Below are positions 19,220-26,661 of a DNA stretch of 42,312 nt, in pieces. The stretch is from Planctomycetota bacterium (GTDB lineage: Bacteria > Planctomycetota > UBA8108 > UBA1146). Location: contig JAYZBV010000102.1 in assembly GCA_036338595.1 (NCBI GenBank), positions 1 to 42,312 on the forward strand, in the 5' to 3' direction. The position numbers were made by a program, and so were the translations under genes. Under the pieces are notes generated by a model, which did not search any database, was not told the DNA's origin, and saw only the letters and a program-made list of their open reading frames with translations. Every line of letters starts with the position of its first letter. The stretch's first letter is position 1.

Positions 19220-19938
19220 GACAGGGTTTTCCCTCCATTCACGGGGATGATACGCCCAGTTGTACTATCCGCTTCCTTGACCAGATAGATCAAGGCATCC
19301 GTCAACTGGCGCATCGCATCGGTCTCCTCGGTGGAGTCGTGAGGAGAGCATCCTTCATCAGGTAGAGAGTTCGGCGGCAGGATCGATCCAGGAGAGATCG
19401 CATTGACCGTCGTGTTCGGAGCCAACTCTGCAGAGAGAAGTTTCATCAGATGCAGCAGTCCTGCCTTTGCCAGGCCATAGCTGAAGTGATCGGGATCCGC
19501 AATCGAGGCGCGCCAATCGAGCAGTTGCACGATTCGACCCTCGGCTCCGCTCGGCAACTGCCTGGAAAACTCACGGCTCAACAGGGCAGGTGAGACGACA
19601 TGAATGAGGTGATCCTGTTCAAGTTGCTCGCGGTCGATCTCCTCGAGGCGATTGGGAACGAAGCGAGACGCATTGTTGATCAGCACCTGTACAGGGCCGA
19701 GTGTTGCCGCCTGGGACATGATGGCGGCGGCGCAACCTGGATCGGACAGGTCTCCCTGAATCTGCAATGCACTGACCCCTCGTTGCTGACACTCTGCAAC
19801 CGTTCGATTCGCATCGCGGGCAGAAGTATTCCAATGAACCGCAATGTTCATTCCTTCGTCTGCCAATCGGATCGCAATCGCCCTCCCGATGCGCCGGGCA
19901 GCACCGGTCACGAGAGCTACTTTTCCGGTGAGTTCCAT
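19216..19938 (-). CDS. Pteridine reductase-type SDR (FolM/PTR1-like)
   Basis: 'ALVTGAARRIGRAIA', 'LINNAS', catalytic YGLAK, 'VNAISPG'. Start at ATG 19938; the longer ORF overlaps fpr. Confidence 0.85.
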   Translation of the reverse strand: MELTGKVALVTGAARRIGRAIAIRLADEGMNIAVHWNTSARDANRTVAECQQRGVSALQIQGDLSDPGCAAAIMSQAATLGPVQVLINNASRFVPNRLEEIDREQLEQDHLIHVVSPALLSREFSRQLPSGAEGRIVQLLDWRASIADPDHFSYGLAKAGLLHLMKLLSAELAPNTTVNAISPGSILPPNSLPDEGCSPHDSTEETDAMRQLTDALIYLVKEADSTTGRIIPVNGGKTLS

Positions 19939-20100
19939 GGCAGCCCTTTCCACAGCGATCAGCCCACAGCATCGAGAGTTCCATTTTGCGCACCAGCGGG
20001 CTGCGAGTCCACTTGCACTCCTTGGCCTTGACCCGAGGACCACCCCCGCTGAGACTCTCCGGGTCCGAATCAATCGAACAGGAGAGAGGGAGGGACTGGA

Positions 20101-21024
20101 TTGGCCAAGGTTCTGGAACCAAACGCAACGATAGTGGACAGAATTGACCTGTCCGAGGAACTGGCCATCTTCAGGGTCGCCCTGGACGATGAGTTGCCAG
20201 AGGGGGACTGGTTCGTTCCCGGTCAGTACATGGTGATCGGCGTCAACAATGCTGTGGAACCTGAACTGGGGTCGGTTCAGCGTCCGATGTCGATCGCCTC
20301 TGAACCCGCAGAACGAGGCCATGTCGAGTTCTACATCCGTCGAGTAGCACAACCTGAATCGAAGAATCCTCTCACTCACAGTCTGTTTCGATTGCCCGAG
20401 GGAGCGCGTGTCTTTCTTCGTCCCAAGCCCAAGGGGCACTTCACCGTTCCCGGTACGATGGGGATCGATGATAATCGCTGGCGTATCTATGTCAGTGCGG
20501 GGACGGGGCTAGCCCCCTTCGTTTCCATCGTGCGAGATGATCTCACCCATGGTCGTTCTGTCGCCAGGACCTGTATCATTCATGGAGTTTCAAGATCCGG
20601 AGATCTCGGCTATCGCGAAGAACTGGAACAGATGGAGAAGGATCACGGCCTCTTTTACCTTCCGACAGTGAGCAGGCCCGCAGAGTGCCCCGATTGGCAA
20701 GGGCGAAGTGGAAGGGCCGAGGATTGCTTCAAAACAGATGGCCTGGAACTGCTCGAGACGAGGATGTCGCTGGCAGCCGGTTCCCTTTCTCCGGATGATG
20801 CAGTGGTGCTGGTGTGTGGACTTCAGGGAACGATCGGCGAATCGATTCTGAGGCTGGCAGGACGAGGATTCGTGCCAGCGGAAAAGAAGATTCGAAAGGC
20901 ACTTCAGATTCCGGAAGATCGAACAGCCTCACTCTTTTTCGAACAGTACGACTCCGATCCCGTCATCGATCTCGAAAACGAAGAAATTGTAGCAAGATTA
21001 CGCTCAGATCTCGGGCTCGAGTGA
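20101..21024 (+). CDS. Ferredoxin/flavodoxin-NADP+ reductase family protein
   Basis: 'FVPGQY', 'RPMSIAS', 'EFYI', 'SAGTGLAPFVSI', 'HGVS', 'YLPTVSR', 'VCG'. Strong RBS before the TTG. Confidence 0.85.
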   Translation: MAKVLEPNATIVDRIDLSEELAIFRVALDDELPEGDWFVPGQYMVIGVNNAVEPELGSVQRPMSIASEPAERGHVEFYIRRVAQPESKNPLTHSLFRLPEGARVFLRPKPKGHFTVPGTMGIDDNRWRIYVSAGTGLAPFVSIVRDDLTHGRSVARTCIIHGVSRSGDLGYREELEQMEKDHGLFYLPTVSRPAECPDWQGRSGRAEDCFKTDGLELLETRMSLAAGSLSPDDAVVLVCGLQGTIGESILRLAGRGFVPAEKKIRKALQIPEDRTASLFFEQYDSDPVIDLENEEIVARLRSDLGLE

Positions 21025-21090
21025 CCCGCAGGGAGGGGTGAAGTGTGGTGTTCGCAGGCTTTCTTCAAGGGAATGACATGGAGATGACGG

Positions 21091-24000
21091 ATGGCTAGAT
21101 CGCCCAACCCGTCATATCGCATCTATCTCACCCTCGATGGAGTCGAGACTGAAATCTCCACAGATGAGACCAACCTCATCAGTTTTGGCAGATCTGATGA
21201 GTGCGATGTGATTCTCGATATCCCGAGGGTGAGCCGTCTTCACGCCGAGATCCGCATCGAAGAAGGACAGTACCGTCTCGTTGACAAGCGTTCCTCCAAC
21301 GGTACTCAGCTCAATGGAGAGCTGATCGACTCGGCTGCTCTCCGGGCTGGAGATCAGATCATGATCGGGTCTGCGAAAATCGAAGTCAGATCTGCTGACA
21401 CTCGAGCAGCACCTCGAAGTCAGAAGTCTGTCGCAGGGAAGTCAACATCGGATTCCGTGGAGGGCAAGAAGAGCGGTGTGACTGCTCAGGATCGCAAGCC
21501 TTCACTCGTCAGGCGCAGGCAAACTCCACTCGCGAGATTGACGGATGTGTCCCTGATGTTGTTGCTGGCCTTGATGGTGGTTCTGGTGGCTCGGGAATAT
21601 TCTCAGGGTCCGAAGAAGATCTATCGGGCCCCAGGATCGGGTCCGGATCCAGGCGATCCGGTGACCTCGGCCGTCGATTCCATCCCGATAGCAGCCCCCC
21701 CGGACGATGGGGAAGTGGAACTGGCATTGCTCGAGCAGGAACTGGCGGCTGCTGAGATCACCTGGGATTCCATCGATGCTCTCAAGGGCATTGCACGAAG
21801 GTATCCTACGAGCCGAGCCGCAGTCATGTGCAGTGACCTTGCCGAGGCGCTCGAAGGGTTGAAACTGGCAAGCGAAATCGAGAGGAGGCAGGCGCTCGAT
21901 GAGTTGCTGGCTCCACTGATCCTCGACAATCGATTCGGGGAAGCAGATGCCATCGCACGATTTCTCTCAGAGGTCGAGGGATCTGCATCGAACAGGGAGT
22001 ACTGGAAGCGCCGAACTGCCGAGATCACTACGCTTGCTCGAGATGGATTGAGGACGGTTCAGGAACAGGTCACCTCACTTCTGGATGCGCGACAGCCGGG
22101 GGAGGCATTACGCGTCATCGCTGCTGCGCGCGATCGCTTTGGTGGAATCCCCGAATACGAGCAGGTGTTTTCCGAGCTGGTCGAGGGTGTAGCGGATGTA
22201 CGGTTGCGCGATACACGGCGGATGGACCGGCCTCCCAGGGAGTGGGCTTCCTTGCTCTCGCTCGCTCGCAGACTGATGGAAGAGTGCCGCTATCTGGAGC
22301 TTCCGCCTGTCTTGCACAGAGCCGTCGCTCTGGATCTACCCACCGAAGATCGCATCGAGGCGCTGGAGATGTTGGTCAGGGGAGGTTCACTTGCGACGAT
22401 GTTCAGCGAGTTCCTGGAAGGAGCCTCGGGCGGGGAGTTGAAGGTGGAACTCTCGAGTGGAACCACCCGCGTTTTCCAGGCGACCAGAGAAGGGTTGACG
22501 CTGGAAAGGGAAATTGCCGGCGGAAAGCTGATCGACAATCGACCCTGGCCCAGAGTCAGTTCGTCAGAGAGAGCCATCCTGTTTCGGGCAGTACCACACT
22601 CGCTCGATGGCGTCATGGGCATGGTATTTCTGGCAGAGGCTGCCGGGGATGATGATGGCTTTCATCGAGCGCTGGTCAATCTTCACCGGCGTTCAAGGGG
22701 CAAGGTGCTGGCAGAAGCGATACTGGAGCGGAGCCGTGGCGGGAGCCTCGGCACGGGAGGATACGAGGAGTTTGGTGGTCGACTGGTGACTTCGCTCGAG
22801 AAGGAACAGATCATCGAAAATCGTAGGCTCAGGAAAGAGCGTGAACGCGAGGCGATCGCTCAGGCGAAACGTCTCAAGAAGTCCAACATGATCGAGGCCA
22901 TCATCGAATTTGTCCTGATCCTCCGTGAGCAGGGCTCATTCTCACTGGCAGATCGGATGCTCCGTGAAATCGTTGCCGAGTCTGACGATGCAGAGCAATC
23001 CTCGGAAGCTCGAGAACTTCTGGCAAGTTCGTATCTCGCAGAAGTCCCTCTGAGAGAATCTGGAGAGGCGGCCAACCGTATCGACTTTTTCATCCTCGGA
23101 GATGGATATCAGGTAGAAGATGAGCAGCAGGAGATGTTTCTCAACCACGCTCGCACCTGTGAAAAGTTGCTCTTCTCAGTCGATCCATATCGGGAGTACG
23201 AACAGTATTTCAATGTCACTGCAGTGCACCTGCAGTCGAAAGATATGGGAGTCTCACGAGAGCCGGGAGATGTCGTAAAGGACACCGCTCTCGGCTGCAC
23301 TGTTCGATACGATGTTCTCACGACGAATGGTTCGAGAGTGTTCGACTTGCTGTCTCGTATGGGTGATGCAGGTAAAGACAGGCAGACCGTGGTGATTGCC
23401 AACGATTCTGCTGGAGTGGCCACCGGTGGCGGAGGCGTTGCGAGTCTTCCGAAGGGCGCTCTGGGCCTGGTGAATCATGAAGTGGGGCATTCACTCGCAG
23501 GTTTGCATGATGAGTACGATTACGAACCGGGGCAGGATCCGGACAAGGCGCCGCCACCATCTCGGGATGACATCGTTGCGACGAGAGCCGCTCCTCCCAA
23601 TCTGATGCATGGCAGTAACAAGCAGGAGGTGGAGGAGAGAGTCTTCTGGCGCCAGTGGATCGATGCCGAGGACCGCTGGTGGAATGGTAGCCAGGTGGGA
23701 CTCTTCGAGGGTGGCGACCGGAAGCCGTTTCATGTCTGGCGACCTCAGGTGTCCTGCATGATGAGGGACAACAGCGGATTCTGCGTCGTTTGCATGGAGC
23801 ACATGGTCAAGGTGATCTACTCACGTGTGCGGCCGATCGATAGAGTTGACCCGGAGCCCGGCGACCTGATGCTCGAGAAGAGTTCTGAAGACGAGGTCAT
23901 CCTGAAGGTGTGGACACTCCAGCCTCGCACACACGATCTCGAGGTGGCGTGGCATGTTCTCTCATTCGGACTTCAGCGGCCCGATCAGGGCAGAGATGCG

Positions 24001-24237
24001 AGCGGTAGTGGAACTGCCGTGGTGGACAACAGGCCTGGAGAACCAGTGAGACGCGCACAGAGTGGCACGGATCCGACCGGGAAGACTGTTCAAGCGGCCC
24101 AGATTCGCGCCAAGGATCTGGAACCGGGCTGGCACCGGGTGCGTTGTGCGGTGAAGGATCCGACCCGGTGGGTACTTCGAGATGACCAGGGGCTATTGCA
24201 GCAGCAGCTGGAATGGTGGGTAGAAGTGCGCCCCTGA
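21091..24237 (+). CDS. FHA-domain, single-TM protein with C-terminal M64 (IgA peptidase-like) metallopeptidase
   Basis: FHA 'FGRSDECDV....VSRLHA...D..SSNGT.LNG'. TM 'VSLMLLLALMVVLVA'. M64 motifs 'ILGDGY', 'DPYREY..YFNV.AV', 'HEVGHSLAGLHDEY', 'FEGG...WRP..SCMM...FCVVC'. Confidence 0.85.
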   Translation: MARSPNPSYRIYLTLDGVETEISTDETNLISFGRSDECDVILDIPRVSRLHAEIRIEEGQYRLVDKRSSNGTQLNGELIDSAALRAGDQIMIGSAKIEVRSADTRAAPRSQKSVAGKSTSDSVEGKKSGVTAQDRKPSLVRRRQTPLARLTDVSLMLLLALMVVLVAREYSQGPKKIYRAPGSGPDPGDPVTSAVDSIPIAAPPDDGEVELALLEQELAAAEITWDSIDALKGIARRYPTSRAAVMCSDLAEALEGLKLASEIERRQALDELLAPLILDNRFGEADAIARFLSEVEGSASNREYWKRRTAEITTLARDGLRTVQEQVTSLLDARQPGEALRVIAAARDRFGGIPEYEQVFSELVEGVADVRLRDTRRMDRPPREWASLLSLARRLMEECRYLELPPVLHRAVALDLPTEDRIEALEMLVRGGSLATMFSEFLEGASGGELKVELSSGTTRVFQATREGLTLEREIAGGKLIDNRPWPRVSSSERAILFRAVPHSLDGVMGMVFLAEAAGDDDGFHRALVNLHRRSRGKVLAEAILERSRGGSLGTGGYEEFGGRLVTSLEKEQIIENRRLRKEREREAIAQAKRLKKSNMIEAIIEFVLILREQGSFSLADRMLREIVAESDDAEQSSEARELLASSYLAEVPLRESGEAANRIDFFILGDGYQVEDEQQEMFLNHARTCEKLLFSVDPYREYEQYFNVTAVHLQSKDMGVSREPGDVVKDTALGCTVRYDVLTTNGSRVFDLLSRMGDAGKDRQTVVIANDSAGVATGGGGVASLPKGALGLVNHEVGHSLAGLHDEYDYEPGQDPDKAPPPSRDDIVATRAAPPNLMHGSNKQEVEERVFWRQWIDAEDRWWNGSQVGLFEGGDRKPFHVWRPQVSCMMRDNSGFCVVCMEHMVKVIYSRVRPIDRVDPEPGDLMLEKSSEDEVILKVWTLQPRTHDLEVAWHVLSFGLQRPDQGRDASGSGTAVVDNRPGEPVRRAQSGTDPTGKTVQAAQIRAKDLEPGWHRVRCAVKDPTRWVLRDDQGLLQQQLEWWVEVRP

Positions 24238-24285
24238 GCGGTGCATCATGCGCCTGCGCCGGAGTATTGAAAGCGAGCGAGCCCC

Positions 24286-25137
24286 TTGTCCCAATCTCGT
24301 ATGATCACCGTCAGCAGCGGTAAGGGTGGTGCTGGGAAGACCTTTGTTGCCATCCTGTTTTGTCGTGAACTTGCGCGCCTCGGAAAACGGGTCGCACTGA
24401 TCGATGTCGACCTGGGAACACCCAACGTACACCTCAAACTACGCCAGAATCCGCCCAAGGGCCTCAAAGATGTTCTGCAGCACGGTTGTTCCCTTTCCTC
24501 GGCTTTCGTCGAGATTCCTGCAGATCAATGGCGACCGGCGGTCACCTCCGGAGGCCAGTTCCGCTATCTCAAGGGGATCAGTGGGTCGGCAGAATTCGAC
24601 AACTGGAACGAAGAGGCGCAGGATAAATTCTTGTTGGCTTTTGCGGAGCTGATCACTCGGCTTGAAGACGAGGTGGATCTGATCGTCCTCGATACTGGAG
24701 CCGGAGTGAAATTTGATGTGATCCACTTCTGCATGATGGCTCAGGACCTGCTGGTCGTGACCAGCGATGACGAGTCATCCCGCAGCGACGCCTGGGAACT
24801 GCTGGCGATGGTACAGGGACTGAAAAATCCTCCGCAAAGTTGGGTGATCGCAAACCGGGTCAAGGACGAGAAGATGGGAAAGACGGTCAGCAACTATCTT
24901 GTGAAGATGCTGAAGAAGTACTGTCGCTCCACGACTGCATTGCCGGAATACCTCGGCTGGATTCCTGATTCTGTCGCGTCGAATTCCTCTGCGAAGAAAC
25001 AGTCCAGTTCACTCGATCTCATGGATACAGAGTCGGATGCCTCTCGAGCGATTCATCAACTGGCCGCATCGATTCTGAAGCATCACGGCGATGGTGAAGA
25101 GTACCACGAGCGGGTGCAGAGTATCCTCAACTCCTGA
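24286..25137 (+). CDS. FleN/FlhG-like MinD/ParA family ATPase
   Basis: Deviant Walker A 'SGKGGAGKT', 'IDVDLGTPNVH', 'LDTGAG', 'SRSDAW', 'IANRV', 'YLGWIP'. Confidence 0.85.
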   Translation: MSQSRMITVSSGKGGAGKTFVAILFCRELARLGKRVALIDVDLGTPNVHLKLRQNPPKGLKDVLQHGCSLSSAFVEIPADQWRPAVTSGGQFRYLKGISGSAEFDNWNEEAQDKFLLAFAELITRLEDEVDLIVLDTGAGVKFDVIHFCMMAQDLLVVTSDDESSRSDAWELLAMVQGLKNPPQSWVIANRVKDEKMGKTVSNYLVKMLKKYCRSTTALPEYLGWIPDSVASNSSAKKQSSSLDLMDTESDASRAIHQLAASILKHHGDGEEYHERVQSILNS

Positions 25138-25161
25138 TCGAGAGCGTCACTGCAACACGGA

Positions 25162-25199
25162 ATCCAGATGCCAGTGAGTGACAGCAGATGCATCTGGAT
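25162..25199. terminator. Inverted repeat between convergent genes (possible bidirectional terminator)
   Basis: ATCCAGATGC (25162-25171) pairs with GCATCTGGAT (25190-25199). No U-tract. Confidence 0.35.
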
Positions 25200-25260
25200 A
25201 TATCCATCGGGTGCAGGATGTGGGAATCTCGGGAACACTCAATTTGGGTTTCTGAGATGA

Positions 25261-25290
25261 AGTGCGGGTCTCTGAGTGCGGGTCTCTGAG
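25261..25290. repeat. Tandem 14-bp direct repeat AGTGCGGGTCTCTG x2
   Basis: Exact copies at 25261-25274 and 25275-25288, with a related GGGTTTCTGAG just upstream. Confidence 0.8.
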
Positions 25291-25333
25291 AAGGATGTTG
25301 GGGCTGCGGCTCGATCCGTGGAAACCAGTTCGG

Positions 25334-25471
25334 CTAGCTCCAGGCGGTCATGCGAGAACTGCCGCGACGTCGGCGCGCATTGATCTGCTTGCGTCCGGCC
25401 TTGGTACGCATGCGGGCACGGAACCCTTGCTTCTTGCGCTTGATGCCGCTTTTGCGAATCTTGACCTTCAT
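25334..25471 (-). CDS. rpmH: 50S ribosomal protein L34
   Basis: Translated by hand (not in the ORF track): MKVKIRKSGIKRKKQGFRARMRTKAGRKQINARRRRGSSRMTAWS. Matches the L34 core 'GFRARM.TK.GR....RRR.G'. RBS GGAGG. Confidence 0.93.
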   Translation of the reverse strand: MKVKIRKSGIKRKKQGFRARMRTKAGRKQINARRRRGSSRMTAWS

Positions 25472-25503
25472 GGCGTCCTCCGTGTTATTGCACCGAAGCC
25501 AGG

Positions 25504-25532
25504 AGTCTACCGGGGACCATTTTGGGGTGCAA
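25504..25532 (-). promoter_or_regulatory. sigma70 promoter of rpmH
   Basis: Minus strand TTGCAC-17 nt-TAGACT, about 30 nt upstream of the ATG. Confidence 0.6.
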
Positions 25533-25545
25533 CGGCTTCCGTGGT

Positions 25546-26661
25546 CTACTCTTGCGGCTTTTTGCCCGGTTCGGGGCGCAGGCGGGCCATCAGCACCTCA
25601 AATCTCTCTATTCTCGATCGGCGGCCACTCAGCAGGATCCTGGTCGCTGATAGTGGACCAGGGCACTCCCAGCGAAGCCGTGACGATCCATCTCCGAGGA
25701 CCAGAGTGGTGGAGGTCTCATCGCCGCTGAAAACCTGGAATCGACCTTTGAACCCGGTACCGCCGCCGCCACCGGAAGACTCGCCGGTCAGTTCTCCGGT
25801 CGGTTTGAACTCACCCTGGTAGGAGTAGCGAACGTCATCGTTGGTGAACTCAACCTCGTTTTTATTCCAGTTGAACTGGACAGCCGCAGCATCATCGTCG
25901 CGGGAGAGATCGACCCGGAAGGTGCGACAATCCTCGGGCAAATTTATTTGTGCGACCCAACCGTTTTGGGGTGGAAGGGTCATCGGGCTCCAGTAGTGCG
26001 ATCCGAGATCCCGGATGCGCAGTCCGCGCCAGCGAATCTCCAGTGGTTCCTTGCGGTTTCCAACACCATGAACCTGAAGCCCGATGAAACCACTGAGGCG
26101 ACGGGTGTCGAACACTTCTGCTGCGGGTACGCCGTTGAGCCAGGTTTGCATATGGGCGCCGACCGCCATCACCCGAACATGGTTCCAGTCGAGCGGTTTG
26201 TGAGCGGCACGGGCTTCGGGGTTGTCCTTGAGATCATCGATCCAGCCGCGGTCTCCCTCTTCGTAGAGACCGGCGCTCCAGAATCTTTTTCGTTTGTCGT
26301 CTACATCGATCTCGACCTGGAACCCACGGGCGCTGCCACCTCTGGCCTCGCTGCGGATCTGTACCCCGGAATTGAGCGATGTGTCACAGAGGAACTCGTA
26401 CTCCAGTTCGAAATCTCCAAACTGGCGATCGGTGGTGAGCCAGGTATTGGGGCTGCCTGCGGTCGTCTGTCCAATCACCACCGAGTCCTCGACGCGGAAG
26501 CGGGCGGTGCCACCGAGGATCTTCCAGCCGGCCAGGTCTTCCGGGGGAACCAGTGATTCCCATGGCGTTTTCAGGGGCGGCTCATCCCCGGGAGTGACCG
26601 GAGTCGATGAAACGACAGGAATCGCAGTCAGCAGCATGCCGACCAGCAGCAGAAACCTCAT
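25546..26661 (-). CDS. Secreted DUF1080 (3-keto-disaccharide hydrolase-like) protein
   Basis: Signal peptide 'MRFLLLVGMLL', 'LAGW', 'FGDFELEYEF', 'NSGVQIRS', 'GFQVEID', 'WNHVRV', 'GFIGLQVH'. ATG overlaps the upstream stop. Confidence 0.88.
   Translation of the reverse strand: MRFLLLVGMLLTAIPVVSSTPVTPGDEPPLKTPWESLVPPEDLAGWKILGGTARFRVEDSVVIGQTTAGSPNTWLTTDRQFGDFELEYEFLCDTSLNSGVQIRSEARGGSARGFQVEIDVDDKRKRFWSAGLYEEGDRGWIDDLKDNPEARAAHKPLDWNHVRVMAVGAHMQTWLNGVPAAEVFDTRRLSGFIGLQVHGVGNRKEPLEIRWRGLRIRDLGSHYWSPMTLPPQNGWVAQINLPEDCRTFRVDLSRDDDAAAVQFNWNKNEVEFTNDDVRYSYQGEFKPTGELTGESSGGGGGTGFKGRFQVFSGDETSTTLVLGDGSSRLRWECPGPLSATRILLSGRRSRIERFEVLMARLRPEPGKKPQE

Noticed and set aside
19939..20439. N-terminal extension of the 407-aa ORF 19216..20439
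   Set aside because: It overlaps the well-supported reductase gene on the opposite strand. SDR homology starts at MELTGK (19938).
25246..25290. Short repeats as a CRISPR array or iterons
   Set aside because: Only two adjacent 14-bp copies, no spacers, and no cas or rep genes.
25138..25545. oriC near rpmH and the ParA-like gene
   Set aside because: No cluster of DnaA boxes (TTATCCACA), no dnaA or dnaN, and the ATPase is FleN-like rather than Soj-like.
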